The notes beneath the pieces are model-generated. The model worked only from the letters and a program-made list of their open reading frames with translations, did not search any database and was not told the origin of the DNA. From Thermoproteota archaeon (GTDB taxonomy: Archaea > Thermoproteota > Thermoprotei_A > Sulfolobales > Ignisphaeraceae): DNA of 64,000 bases. Location: contig JAUQPB010000002.1 in NCBI GenBank assembly GCA_030550585.1, forward strand, positions 96,001 to 160,000. The letters are read 5' to 3'. The position numbers and the translations under genes were made by a program. Positions 49,544-60,333 of the stretch are shown in pieces; position 1 is the stretch's first letter; the number at the start of each line of letters is the position of its first letter.

Positions 49544-50914
49544 CTATAGCACCTCTAAAAGCGCGTAGAAAAATCCGTAGGTTCCATGTCTATGAGGCCA
49601 TGCTCTCATGGTTCCTGGAATGAATCCTTGGTCGAATGGGCCATTGAGAGAAACCAATCTTAGTCTACCGCGATATTTTGTAAGGATTTTTTGGATGACA
49701 TCTTCATTTTCTTCTCTAAAGAGCGAGCATGTTGTATAAAGTATTCGACCACCTTTCTTGGCAAGTTTTATAGCGGTCTCTAGTAGCTCAAATTGAAGCT
49801 GTGTTAACTCATCTATTTTCTCTTGCGTAATTCTCCACCTTAGTTCCTGATTCTTCATTATAGTTCCACTAGATGAACAAGGAGCATCAAGCAGCACCTT
49901 ATCTGCTATTTCCTCGCCTAGGATATCCGGCGCTTTCCTAGCATCTTCCTTAAATATCTTCACGATTTTAATCCCTGTTCTACTTAAGAGTTCTTTCATT
50001 CTTTTTATCCTCAATTCGTCTATGTCAAAAGCATATATGACCCCCTCGTTATTCATTAATTCTCCCATATGCTCTGTTTTACCTCCTGGTGCTGCACATA
50101 AATCAACAACAGTTTCACCAGGTTTTGGACCTAGTACTATTGAGGCCATTGCCGATGCCTCTTCCTGAATAACTATTTTTCCTTCCTTGAAGAGACTAGA
50201 ATTGTCGAAGTCATAGGGACCTTTAAACTTGAGAATTGTTGGAACATATTTACCCCTCTCTGGTTTAACACCATTTTTTCTAAGCTCTTCTTCAACCTCC
50301 TCTACAGAGCTTTTCAGAATATTTACTCTGATGCTTATGGGATACACCTTGTTGAATTCTTTGAGAATTTTCCTAGTCTCATCAACTCCTACAAGATTCA
50401 GTAGCTTATTTATTATCAGCTGTGAAACCATGTATCTATACTCCCATTTCTCACTAAGGGTTTTCGGAATCCATTTGTATGCAGCTATCTTATCTACAAC
50501 CTCCCAGAAATAGGCCCCAACATAGGGGTGGGTGTTATCAGAGAGGACTTTAGCTATTCTTCTCTTAAAATATTTTACAAAAAGATCTTTAGAATCTCTA
50601 TACCTAGCTTCCTTAATAAATCTCTCAAAAACTAGAATCTCTATTGCAACTCTCAATGCCGCTCTTAGCCACGGATCTAGGATAGCTATATTGGGAATGT
50701 TCGTTATCTCAGAAGCTATCCTATCTATTATCCCTATTCTCCTCCAAATATCATAATATATCGCCGTAAGTATTCTATCTTTATAGGTTCCACTAATTCC
50801 ATATTCCTTAAACACATCTCTTTTTGCTTGTTGGCTTGGCTTAATTTCTTCCCCGAGTTTAACTGCTTTAACGAGGGCTTCAATATCCTTCTCTGTGAGT
50901 ACGATGAAGCTCAT
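49544..50914 (-). CDS. RsmB/NOP2-family RNA m5C methyltransferase
   Basis: IRVN, QEEAS, DLCAAPGGKT, DAPCSSSG, YTTCS. Confidence 0.93.
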   Translation of the reverse strand: MSFIVLTEKDIEALVKAVKLGEEIKPSQQAKRDVFKEYGISGTYKDRILTAIYYDIWRRIGIIDRIASEITNIPNIAILDPWLRAALRVAIEILVFERFIKEARYRDSKDLFVKYFKRRIAKVLSDNTHPYVGAYFWEVVDKIAAYKWIPKTLSEKWEYRYMVSQLIINKLLNLVGVDETRKILKEFNKVYPISIRVNILKSSVEEVEEELRKNGVKPERGKYVPTILKFKGPYDFDNSSLFKEGKIVIQEEASAMASIVLGPKPGETVVDLCAAPGGKTEHMGELMNNEGVIYAFDIDELRIKRMKELLSRTGIKIVKIFKEDARKAPDILGEEIADKVLLDAPCSSSGTIMKNQELRWRITQEKIDELTQLQFELLETAIKLAKKGGRILYTTCSLFREENEDVIQKILTKYRGRLRLVSLNGPFDQGFIPGTMRAWPHRHGTYGFFYALLEVL

Positions 50915-51008
50915 CTATTGGCCCCTTTATTATATTTTTTGACAGAATTTGGTTACTGGTTATGAAGATTCAAATACCCCTATGCAAATTGTTAGCATTG
51001 TGTATTAA

Positions 51009-51716
51009 ATGCTAAAAACACTAAAAAGCGAAACTCCACATATATCTTTGATAGGACTTACTGTTGGACATATGAAGAAGTTAAAGAAGCTATTTAGAGA
51101 TAGCATTTTCTCAGAAAGGTATATAGTTTTCTATGGTTACTCAAAGTCTAAAATAATAGAAAAGGTGCCTACATTTTACATAGATCCACCTCTTATTAGA
51201 GGCTATGCCATGAGAAAAGCTATGGAAATTGCGCGCCAGCCACTAGTTGTATTGGTTAATGCTGATTCTAGGTGCGTTGACAGATCAACTATAAAGAGAG
51301 TTATTGAGGACATAGAGCTGGGCAAATACAAAATGTTTTTAGCCGCACCCCTCACATCCAAAGGCTTTGATAGACTATATAACAACATTGTCATTCCAAT
51401 ACTAAAAAGCGTCTTAGGTACGCAGGAACTAGCCTTTCCATCGTATTCCATTATTGTTGGACCTAGGAAGTACCTCGATGTCAATGAAAATACTCTATGG
51501 AGTTACGAGCATTTAGCGGCGTTGAACATTCTGATCAATGACAAGTCTAGCATTAGAATCGAGAATAACAACTGTATAGATACAGTTCCTGATATTTTTA
51601 ATGGAATGGAGGATCTGTTCATAAAATCTTTAGCAAGAAGCATTATAAGAGTTTCTACTAGATATGGGATTATTGAAAAAGATTTTGGAGAAAAGCTTGT
51701 AGAGGGTTTGCAGTAG
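51009..51716 (+). CDS. hypothetical protein, degenerate GT-A glycosyltransferase-like
   Basis: RGYAMRKAMEIARQPLVVLVNAD resembles GT2 KG.A...DxD region. Confidence 0.45.
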   Translation: MLKTLKSETPHISLIGLTVGHMKKLKKLFRDSIFSERYIVFYGYSKSKIIEKVPTFYIDPPLIRGYAMRKAMEIARQPLVVLVNADSRCVDRSTIKRVIEDIELGKYKMFLAAPLTSKGFDRLYNNIVIPILKSVLGTQELAFPSYSIIVGPRKYLDVNENTLWSYEHLAALNILINDKSSIRIENNNCIDTVPDIFNGMEDLFIKSLARSIIRVSTRYGIIEKDFGEKLVEGLQ

Positions 51717-51717
51717 A

Positions 51718-52452
51718 TTGAAGGTGTTTATAGCAGTAAGCAAGAAGCATGCAAGACCTGTGCTGGATGTGGTTCATACGCTTAAACCAAGACCTAGGGT
51801 GCTGGTTGTAAGTTATGACGAAGAAGTAGAGGCTTTGAGTAAACATTATGGATACGAATTCAGATACCTAAGGGATAATCTAGAGCAGTTATCATCGATT
51901 CAAGAATTGCAAGAATATGATATGGCCATACTTGCACAAGACGAAGACTCTAAAAATGTGGCTATACTGAAAGCCATAAAACAGTTTGCAATACCAGTAA
52001 TAATTGTTTTGCTTCATAATACCAATAACAGAGATTTTCTAGCAAATGAAGGTGCTACATACATCATAAACGTTGATGAGTTTCTCTATAACAACTTATA
52101 TACACTCATATATCCAGATACATGGATTGAACTATCGCCTATAGCGGCTCTACCCAAATTTAGAATAGCCATGTATAGAGTACTTAGAAGAGCATTGTTT
52201 AACATACCTGTCAGCGAGATTATGAAAGTGACTGGGGAACACGAGCCAGGAGTTGCAGTGTTTTGTTTTAGCAGATTTGGAAATAGGATTTCCAATGATT
52301 CTGCACTTGAAACTGGTAGCTACATAGTTTTAGCAGGTTTTGAAGAAGATGTTGAAAAAGCTTTGAAGGAAATTGAAAAGCTTTTTAGAAAGTATGAAGA
52401 GGTTTATGCGAGAAGGTACTCAGACATAATTAGATTGAGAGAATATGGTTAG
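51718..52452 (+). CDS. TrkA-like RCK regulatory protein
   Basis: Rossmann-like N-domain (YDMAILAQDEDSKNV, GATYII) plus TrkA-C-like tail. Confidence 0.65.
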   Translation: MKVFIAVSKKHARPVLDVVHTLKPRPRVLVVSYDEEVEALSKHYGYEFRYLRDNLEQLSSIQELQEYDMAILAQDEDSKNVAILKAIKQFAIPVIIVLLHNTNNRDFLANEGATYIINVDEFLYNNLYTLIYPDTWIELSPIAALPKFRIAMYRVLRRALFNIPVSEIMKVTGEHEPGVAVFCFSRFGNRISNDSALETGSYIVLAGFEEDVEKALKEIEKLFRKYEEVYARRYSDIIRLREYG

Positions 52453-52459
52453 GTAAACC

Positions 52460-53212
52460 ATGAACGAATTACTCAACGCGCTATTACCACTAATCTACAG
52501 GATTATTGCAGCTACAATAGTAATTGTGGCTGTCTACGCCATCGCAAGATTCTTAACCAAACTACTACAAATGTTCTTTAAAGGGGCTGAGGCCGAATAT
52601 ATTGCTCGCCTTACCGAGCTTCTAAAACTATTTCTATACTTAGTTGCCGCAATAGTTGCTGCCAGTATAATTGCTCCAGAGATCCAAATATTTTCCGCAT
52701 TGCTTCTAGTAATAGGAATAGCAATAGTGGTTATGTTAAACGATGTGCTTAGAAACATTGGTGCAGAGATTTATGTAAGACACCATGGTGTTGTGCGAAG
52801 GGGTGATTGGATTGAGATAGAGGGGCAAAACATTCGTGTGCTAGACTTTGGCGCTCTTGGGATTTGGGGTGAAACAGCAAAATCTGAGAAGGTCTTTGTC
52901 CCATATTCAAAGATTTTGAATAGTATTGTAACAAATAGACTTACAATACTTGGGCTCTTAACAAGAATTCAAATACTGATACCATCATCATACAGTGTTG
53001 AATATGCGGAAAAGGTTGTTAGGCAAGCAATAGAGAAAATCAAAGAAGATTTGGTTACAGAACCAGAAATTAATTATGCTGGAACAGTAGGAGAGTCATC
53101 TGTGTTCCTAGTAGAGATTCGCATTATTAACTATAGAAAACTGGAAAAAATTATCGCATTGCTAGAAAAAGAAATTCAGACTAGAATTCCTGAGGTAAGA
53201 ATCAAGGCGTAA
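52460..53212 (+). CDS. small-conductance mechanosensitive channel MscS family
   Basis: three TMs, then RRGDWIEI, VFVPYS, IVTN. Confidence 0.85.
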   Translation: MNELLNALLPLIYRIIAATIVIVAVYAIARFLTKLLQMFFKGAEAEYIARLTELLKLFLYLVAAIVAASIIAPEIQIFSALLLVIGIAIVVMLNDVLRNIGAEIYVRHHGVVRRGDWIEIEGQNIRVLDFGALGIWGETAKSEKVFVPYSKILNSIVTNRLTILGLLTRIQILIPSSYSVEYAEKVVRQAIEKIKEDLVTEPEINYAGTVGESSVFLVEIRIINYRKLEKIIALLEKEIQTRIPEVRIKA

Positions 53213-53250
53213 AATAGCATTAATAAGAATTGTGATAGTGAGGATTTGAA

Positions 53251-54444
53251 TTGGATAGAGAGTGGATTAAATACTACAGAATTTGGGTTGTACACTCCAT
53301 CTTCTACAGTTTTTCAACAACAATTTCTATTACATATTACCAGCCATATGCAATAAAAGTTCTAGGATTTGATACCAACAGCTTAGGAAATATAACTTTG
53401 TTCAATCTGCTAATGGTTTCTCTAGGAAATGTTCTGGGATCATACATTGTTAATAAATTTAGAGCTCGAAGAGTAACCGTGTGGAAGATATTCACATCAA
53501 TGAACCTTCTTTTTTGGGCGTTAACAGGATTTTCTGATACCGTCAATGAGAATTTCATATATCTTTTCATCTCATTTGCACAGCTTGCAGGAGCCGTAGG
53601 CAATCTAGCATATGTTGACACCATTGGCGATATGATACCAGTGCAAGAAGCTGTCAAGACTTTTGGTAAAGTCAATTTCTATACACTAGCATCGTCCGTC
53701 TTAGCGCTGTCCATCTCTCTAGCTATATTCAATTTTTATGATATTCACCATGCATATAGAATTGCATATGCAATAGCCCTTATTACAGCAATAGTTTCAG
53801 CAACGTTCTTATTTCTCATGAAGGACTTGAGTAGGAAGGAAAACAAAAATTTGTCTATCTCTATACTATTTAGAGAATTCAAGGAGCTCCTTAACAGTGA
53901 TGCTATCAAAGGGTATATAGTATTCATGACCATCTTCACATTTTTTGTCAACCTGCCTAACGCTATATGGAACTTTTACATAATAAAAGTATTTAATGGC
54001 AACGAAAATTGGATATCCTTAAACACAATCTCAAGCACATTAGCTAATGCTCTAGGAAACTACATATTGGGTAGGGTATCGCATAAGATCTCTAGGAAGA
54101 AGGTAATAACATTCAGCACAATTCCAATTTCTCTTGTTCCAGCATTTTTCTTGGTATCATCGACTATGGATAAGCAAATTGCACTAAATATATTCTCAGG
54201 ATTTAGCTGGTCAGCTTTTAACCTCGTAACAGGCGTTTACAACATATACCTTGGTAGAGAACGTAGAATATTCATGGTTTCGTTACTTGGTATTTTAACA
54301 AACATTTCTGCAGGAATAGCATCAAAAGTTGGTGCCTCAGTTGCGTCAATAAGCCTCATGATGATGAACCTAGTGTTCATATTATCCTTCATTGGAAGAT
54401 TGGTCATGTACTTCTACGCTAAAAAGAATATAGTTGAACTTTAA
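53251..54444 (+). CDS. MFS transporter
   Basis: ~12 hydrophobic segments, 397 aa. Confidence 0.75.
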   Translation: MDREWIKYYRIWVVHSIFYSFSTTISITYYQPYAIKVLGFDTNSLGNITLFNLLMVSLGNVLGSYIVNKFRARRVTVWKIFTSMNLLFWALTGFSDTVNENFIYLFISFAQLAGAVGNLAYVDTIGDMIPVQEAVKTFGKVNFYTLASSVLALSISLAIFNFYDIHHAYRIAYAIALITAIVSATFLFLMKDLSRKENKNLSISILFREFKELLNSDAIKGYIVFMTIFTFFVNLPNAIWNFYIIKVFNGNENWISLNTISSTLANALGNYILGRVSHKISRKKVITFSTIPISLVPAFFLVSSTMDKQIALNIFSGFSWSAFNLVTGVYNIYLGRERRIFMVSLLGILTNISAGIASKVGASVASISLMMMNLVFILSFIGRLVMYFYAKKNIVEL

Positions 54445-54553
54445 AGCAATATGGTAATTGATGTACTTTACATTTTGAATTATTTTATGTGTCAAGCACC
54501 TTTTTACTATTTCACTATTATAATGCTAGAAAACATGAGAATGGGCTACAACA

Positions 54554-55720
54554 ATGATGTGGTACATCATATCGACAATAGCATACGGAATGCTATCTGC
54601 ATTAGACCCTCTTTTATTTATTTACATAGCATATTCTCTAAATGTTAACGGAGTCTATCTGGGCATTCTAAGTACTATGTGGAGTATTGCATACATAATT
54701 GCTAACAAAGCTTTAGACGCATTTGCTGATCGTGGATCAAATAGAATGCTCTGTGCATTAACACTGCTTTGCGTGTTTCTCATAACATACTTCTTCAATA
54801 ACATTAACTTCGTTATAGGCTTTCTTCTCTACATATTACATGCGGTTGCCATAGCTTCTTTAAATTTAGCCATAAGTGTTACAACATTGGAAAGTTTTGA
54901 CAGCGATTCATGGAACAGAATGACATTGTACAATAAAGTGATAAGTAATATTGCTAGAGGTTCAACCCTAATCATCGCATCCATGCTTAGTGTAGCATCT
55001 ATTATCAATCTATTTTATGTAGTTTTACTAAACATTGCAATAACAGCTATCTTAATGCCTTCACTGGTCATAGCATTTGAAAGGAGGTTCTTCAAATTGA
55101 ATAAAACATTAGATAGAATAGGATATTATATAAAAGCCTCTTCATCTCTGCTATATATAGATAGACCAAAGACTGCTATGGAAATATTTGCTAGGTTTTG
55201 GGATAGTGTTGAAAACATCTCACCTATAAGGGTATTGATCTCCATAACAGGGGGTGTTGCAGTAGGAGATTATGTATTTACTATAGTACCGTTGGTTGTA
55301 AAATCCAAGATTGTAGTAACCGATATGTGGAAGGTTTATGGGATAGCAGCCATAATATCTGCTTTAATAAGTTTTTTACTGAGGAATGCAGATTTCTCGA
55401 GTAGAATATTCGCATTTACAGTATCCCTTCTGCGCTTAGCAATTCTCACAATAGGTTTTGGTCTCATATCAAATGTGTTGTATCTGTTGTTATACATAGT
55501 GATTACATCAACGCTTTTCATGATGCTAGATATAACCCTTTACAACATTTACATATCTACACAGGCGGGTTATGGAACATCAGCATACTTTATATTTAGA
55601 GAAATAGGATCAGTCATAGGTTCGCTGATCGGAGGTTTTGCGATAGGTCTGGGTCAACACACATTCTTGTCAATAGCAATAGCAATTGGTTTGGCAACTG
55701 CAATTCCTCTTGTATTGTAA
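54554..55720 (+). CDS. MFS-like membrane transporter
   Basis: multi-TM, ADRG loop motif, REIGSVIGSLIGG. Confidence 0.7.
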   Translation: MMWYIISTIAYGMLSALDPLLFIYIAYSLNVNGVYLGILSTMWSIAYIIANKALDAFADRGSNRMLCALTLLCVFLITYFFNNINFVIGFLLYILHAVAIASLNLAISVTTLESFDSDSWNRMTLYNKVISNIARGSTLIIASMLSVASIINLFYVVLLNIAITAILMPSLVIAFERRFFKLNKTLDRIGYYIKASSSLLYIDRPKTAMEIFARFWDSVENISPIRVLISITGGVAVGDYVFTIVPLVVKSKIVVTDMWKVYGIAAIISALISFLLRNADFSSRIFAFTVSLLRLAILTIGFGLISNVLYLLLYIVITSTLFMMLDITLYNIYISTQAGYGTSAYFIFREIGSVIGSLIGGFAIGLGQHTFLSIAIAIGLATAIPLVL

Positions 55721-55730
55721 TATCTTGAGG

Positions 55731-56588
55731 CTAAGGTGGTGAAACATTATAAAACCTAGCAATATTGTCAACATTCAATCTCCACAAATAACTTTCATCG
55801 ACGACATTTTCATGTAATAGCTTCAACTGGTTTTCAACTATTTGCCACGGATACGAAGATACACCAGGCCTTTTTGGATCATCAATGAAATCGCTTTCAA
55901 CAATATAGTCTGGTGAAAGTCTTCTAAATGCTTCTTTTAAGACTTGGTATTTTCCAGGAATTGTAAAGATAAAGCCTCTTTTCAAAGCTTCTTCCGATGT
56001 TGGAATGTCGGAATGGTGAAGCACTATCTTATATCTGTTAATATTGTAATCCTTCACAATGCTCTCAATATCTAAGACTGTTAGATATCCTCCCTGCTCA
56101 AGATGAAGATGTACAAAACAATTTAGATCTCTGGCTAGGGCTAGTGCATATCTTAAAATAATTGAATTTGCTATGAAAGATTCTGGGATTGTCTTATAAT
56201 GCGGTCTTCCAATTTCTCCAATGCCATCTATTAAACCATTCTTGACGAGCTTGCCAATGTGGTTCAGTATATTTTGAGCCATGTCCAAGATCTTTTCTCC
56301 ACCTCTTGGATTCCTAACAATCAAGTCATCTATATCAGCAGGGTGTATACCCGATAAACAAATAACCTTTAACCCCTCTTCCCTAGCCGCTTCGCACTCC
56401 TTAAGCAGCACATCAATGCTTTTTACATATCCATCAAAATTCATATCAAAACCTAGATGCTTTGGCGACAGACCTACTAATACCATGAACCATCCATTAA
56501 CCTCTTTGAACTTCTTTGCAACGGTTCTAGCGCCCAGACCTTTAACAGGGTTTGTATGTAGGTGTCCATCTGCAAAAAGCATCTTCAA
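55731..56588 (-). CDS. TatD-related metal-dependent hydrolase
   Basis: DGHLH, GIHP, GIGEIGRPH, HLH, HH, ESDFIDDP.RPG. Confidence 0.88.
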   Translation of the reverse strand: MKMLFADGHLHTNPVKGLGARTVAKKFKEVNGWFMVLVGLSPKHLGFDMNFDGYVKSIDVLLKECEAAREEGLKVICLSGIHPADIDDLIVRNPRGGEKILDMAQNILNHIGKLVKNGLIDGIGEIGRPHYKTIPESFIANSIILRYALALARDLNCFVHLHLEQGGYLTVLDIESIVKDYNINRYKIVLHHSDIPTSEEALKRGFIFTIPGKYQVLKEAFRRLSPDYIVESDFIDDPKRPGVSSYPWQIVENQLKLLHENVVDESYLWRLNVDNIARFYNVSPP

Positions 56589-56645
56589 GATATCACCATC
56601 TCAGAAAATTCATTTCATAGAAAATAAAAATATAATGTTTTGCTA

Positions 56646-56700
56646 TATTCAGCTGAGGATAATGCAATCATCGATCATGTCGGCTCTTCTTCATCATTTT
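56646..56700 (-). ncRNA. box C/D sRNA (23S peptidyl-transferase-centre targets)
   Basis: reverse complement ATGATGA-AGAAGAGCCGAC-ATGA-TCGATGA-TTGCATTATCCTCAG-CTGA; first guide complements 23S GUCGGCUCUUC. Confidence 0.85.
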
Positions 56701-56722
56701 TCTAAGCTATAGCAGTAAAATT

Positions 56723-57013
56723 CTACTGTTTTCCAAGCTCTTCTTCAGTTTTCCTCCTCTTAACAGCTCTATCAAACAATATCCAGTTCCTATACCACTC
56801 TTCATTTTCTTTTCGTAGCAACTCTAAAATCATCTTGGTCAGATCTTTAGCGCTGACCTCATTAATATTTTGCTCCAAGAGTTTTGCCTCAACGATTTTA
56901 GCTATTTTTCTTGCAGCCTCTACCGTTGCGCCGGCCTTTAGGCAACTAACAACTATTTTCTCAGGTATAAACTCCTCTTTAGATCCATCCCTTTTCACAA
57001 CTATTATACCCAA
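56723..57013 (-). CDS. stand-alone ATP-cone domain protein
   Basis: VVKRDGSKEEFIPEKIVVSCLKAGA. Confidence 0.9.
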   Translation of the reverse strand: MGIIVVKRDGSKEEFIPEKIVVSCLKAGATVEAARKIAKIVEAKLLEQNINEVSAKDLTKMILELLRKENEEWYRNWILFDRAVKRRKTEEELGKQ

Positions 57014-57081
57014 CTTTTCACCCCGAAGACACTTAGAGAATTTTTATAAGCATTATAAACTTTTCAAAAAATGGTGAGAAA

Positions 57082-57957
57082 TTGAACAATGCGAGCATAG
57101 CGTTGGTCTCTGGTCTTTTAACCTATGATTCGGGAAAGACATGGTTTGTAATAGGCTTAGCCAAGAGTATTATAGAGAAGGGTTATAGTGTAGCAGTTTT
57201 CAAGCCTGTTGCAGGCCACAATCTATGGAGCCAATACAAAGCCTTTCAATATAGTGTAAAGGCTGGGATGCTTCTAGGCGAAGACGTTGGCAAATACATA
57301 TCGTATTTAAAGCTAAGTGATCAGCCGCAGATTATGAACCCCATTGATATATTGTTGGCTCCTCCTGATCCAGTGAGATACATATCGAATAGAGATTTGA
57401 TCAGCTATCTAGAGGATCTGGAAAACCAGTTTAAGCAAATGGTACTGGCAAGATATAGCGATTGTGAACATAGTACATCAAAACACTATGTTTTCAGCTC
57501 TAACATAGCAAAGTTATCGCCTCACATCAAGAGAATTGTAGAAAAGCTTTCATTTGCTGTTGAGGCGGAGGATGCAAGTGCTGAAGACTTTATCGCAAGG
57601 TTGAAATCCGCTAGCGCCGAAGAGAATATTGATAAGTGTTTGTCAAAACTGATGCAGGGAAAGGATTTGGTCATAGTGGAATCTTTTAACGATGCTATAA
57701 CACCATACATTAGATTATTAGACAAGGTGGCAAACATCTTTGTTGTTATGCCAGCGGCTGTTGCTATTTATAGTGACATCGTAAAGGTGAAGAATGTTGT
57801 TATAGAAAATGTCAAGAGATTTGGTGAACTAGGTCTGAAAGCATATAATCTTCTCCAATATTTACCTCCTGATAACGTTATGAGTTTAATGCCTAGAACA
57901 AGCGAAATAGAGTATGATAGTGTATTCGAAGAATTGATAAAAATATTGTTTAGTTAG
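57082..57957 (+). CDS. P-loop ATPase (COG4028/dethiobiotin-synthase-like fold)
   Basis: YDSGKT, FKPVAGHN, NPID, VESFND. Confidence 0.8.
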   Translation: MNNASIALVSGLLTYDSGKTWFVIGLAKSIIEKGYSVAVFKPVAGHNLWSQYKAFQYSVKAGMLLGEDVGKYISYLKLSDQPQIMNPIDILLAPPDPVRYISNRDLISYLEDLENQFKQMVLARYSDCEHSTSKHYVFSSNIAKLSPHIKRIVEKLSFAVEAEDASAEDFIARLKSASAEENIDKCLSKLMQGKDLVIVESFNDAITPYIRLLDKVANIFVVMPAAVAIYSDIVKVKNVVIENVKRFGELGLKAYNLLQYLPPDNVMSLMPRTSEIEYDSVFEELIKILFS

Positions 57958-57967
57958 TTTTCCACTA

Positions 57968-58594
57968 TCAATGGATTTCATGCAAAAATTTAACTAACTT
58001 GGATAGAAATTGAGCATATGCTAAATCCTCTAGAGATTCTACAATCATTTCAGCCTCGTATATGTCTCTTCCCATACCAATAACGCCATGCTTTTCAAGA
58101 ACTATTGCATTGCAACCAGTAGCGGCTTTCTCACCTACAAGCCTTGCAAGCGCTTCTGTACCTGGCTCCACATAGGGAATATATTCAATCCTTTTTATGA
58201 ATATCATGACTTCAGAAAGCAGAGATTCATCAAGTCTTAGACCAGCAATAGAATATGCCACAGTTATGGGGTTATGAGCATGGATAACAGCGTTTACATC
58301 AGGTCTAGCCTTGTATATGGCTACATGAAACCTCCACTCACTCGATGGTTTTCTAGAACCTTCAACAACATTTCCATTCAAATCGATTTTAACAAGATCA
58401 TCTACCTTAAGACCACCTTTGAACACCCCTGATGGAGTAATCCAGACATAGTTTGTCCCAGCAACTCTAATACTTGCATTGCCAGACAAGGCAGATACTA
58501 GACCCCTTCTATACAAATTTCTCATAACATTGACTATATCCTCCTTAATCTTCTCCTCACTATAGACAAGGCTTGACATAGATAGGACAACCAA
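57968..58594 (-). CDS. class II aldolase/adducin family protein
   Basis: SGNAS, ITPSG, PSSEWRFH, HAH, PGTEAL, HG. Confidence 0.92.
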   Translation of the reverse strand: MVVLSMSSLVYSEEKIKEDIVNVMRNLYRRGLVSALSGNASIRVAGTNYVWITPSGVFKGGLKVDDLVKIDLNGNVVEGSRKPSSEWRFHVAIYKARPDVNAVIHAHNPITVAYSIAGLRLDESLLSEVMIFIKRIEYIPYVEPGTEALARLVGEKAATGCNAIVLEKHGVIGMGRDIYEAEMIVESLEDLAYAQFLSKLVKFLHEIH

Positions 58595-58825
58595 GATGAT
58601 AGGACTTTCCTAAAATATAAAAATTTTGGTATATAAAATTATTATCAAACACACTCTTACAACATATAAATATAGCAATTATTACAATAAACAACTTTAT
58701 TATTATTTGCCTATTATTTGGTTTAAGTTTTCAGAACGTATTATCGGGCTATTAGATACATTGAATTGCCTTGTGTAGAAAATGAAGCAACATCTCATTT
58801 AGCCTTGGAGAATCTTCGATAGGTG

Positions 58826-58884
58826 TCTTCAGATGGGTAACCGCTACATCACCTTTCATTGCTCCCCGAAAAGCTCATCATCGT
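58826..58884 (-). ncRNA. box C/D sRNA
   Basis: reverse complement ATGATGA-GCTTTTCGGGGAGCA-ATGA-aag-GTGATGT-AGCGGTTACCCAT-CTGA. Confidence 0.8.
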
Positions 58885-58941
58885 AAAGATGTAGTAGAAG
58901 TAATATTGCATTATAAGCTTTTGCATTTAATTAGAGATTTT

Positions 58942-60204
58942 TTAGTAGGTGCCGGCTCTTTTCCTTTGTATAAGCGAAAGTCTTATTCCTGTTATCACTA
59001 TGTCACTGTTAAATATACGCGTTGTTATAGCAATAATAACAATACATGTTATTATCGAGGATGCAAGTGATGTTATCACAAGTTGTATTGCGTTAGACAG
59101 TTTCGCTATGGCAAGAACATATATCGTTGGCGCAACTAAAACTCCATATAAAATTGATGTTGCTATATTGAGTGGCATGGAAATGAATAGAGCTGCAATA
59201 CCAAATCCAAAATAGAGAAGCGTTATCGGCATTGCTAAAATACTAGCCGTTCTTTCATCAGATGATATAGAACCTATTAAGACTCCTACAGCGCCGCTGT
59301 ATATCAATCCTATGATAAGCGATGTTATTACGAAAACTATGAAATCAGGTGTGAATATTGTCAGGTTAAATGATGCTTCAACTAGATTTGGTTCGCTAGT
59401 CACGGGTTGTGAGATTTGGGCTATCATAAAGAACATTGCTAGGAAATATATAAAACCTGTTATAAAAGCCATGATGACAGAGCTAATGATTTTCGCGATT
59501 ACGATATCTCTTCTTGGGATTGGCTGAGAAAGAAGCATTTCAAATGCCTTTTCAACCTTCTCTATAGCTGTGATGCTGGTAGCAGAAGATGTTGTGAGTC
59601 CCATCATAAAAGACAGGATGAAAATTAGTGCTGTGACTACCTGGATATAGCTATTTAGTTGTTGCGAGTTCAGCACCTTCCCGAACGCAACCATATTTTG
59701 GTTTATGATAACAGGCCTTTCTTGGGGTATTGAAATATTGTTTAAAATGCTTATTGTTTGTGTAATAGTCTTTGACAATATTGATGCAATTGTTTGAAGG
59801 ACTCCGGTCTTTGTTTGTATGCTTATTTGAGAAAAATCATTTATTTTGGCATAGCCCCATATCATAGCAGGTCTTCCCACAGTTGCATTATCTGTGAAAC
59901 CTCTTGGAAGTACTATAACGTACAAACTCTTGTTCAATGCAAGGTCAATAGACGGGTAAACCTTAACACCGCCACCTAAAGACGTATTCAGCCTATTTAT
60001 TAGAAGTTTCACAAATTGGTTATTCTCCTCAGCCACAACCCCAACATCTAGTCTCATTGTTTCCTGCACAGCTTGCGAAATACCTGCTCTAGTAATCCCT
60101 CCAATGAATCCGTAAAAGAAGAATATGAATATTAACGATACTATAAAAGCAGGGTTTCTAATCATCGCCTTAACTTCTCTTATAATGAGTTGTCCAAGAG
60201 GCAT
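58942..60204 (-). CDS. ABC-2 type transporter permease (NatB-like)
   Basis: REVKAMIRNP, EKVEKAFEMLLSQPI.R..IVIAK; one plus several TMs. Confidence 0.88.
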   Translation of the reverse strand: MPLGQLIIREVKAMIRNPAFIVSLIFIFFFYGFIGGITRAGISQAVQETMRLDVGVVAEENNQFVKLLINRLNTSLGGGVKVYPSIDLALNKSLYVIVLPRGFTDNATVGRPAMIWGYAKINDFSQISIQTKTGVLQTIASILSKTITQTISILNNISIPQERPVIINQNMVAFGKVLNSQQLNSYIQVVTALIFILSFMMGLTTSSATSITAIEKVEKAFEMLLSQPIPRRDIVIAKIISSVIMAFITGFIYFLAMFFMIAQISQPVTSEPNLVEASFNLTIFTPDFIVFVITSLIIGLIYSGAVGVLIGSISSDERTASILAMPITLLYFGFGIAALFISMPLNIATSILYGVLVAPTIYVLAIAKLSNAIQLVITSLASSIITCIVIIAITTRIFNSDIVITGIRLSLIQRKRAGTY

Positions 60205-60333
60205 AAACCACTCCTTAGCGATACTAATCTATAGAATTATAAAATTGCTGGACTAATAAAATAAATCTATATGAGTTTTGTGAAGCTGTTCCTTATCGAA
60301 TAAAATGAATATAAAATTAATTAATTGAATATG

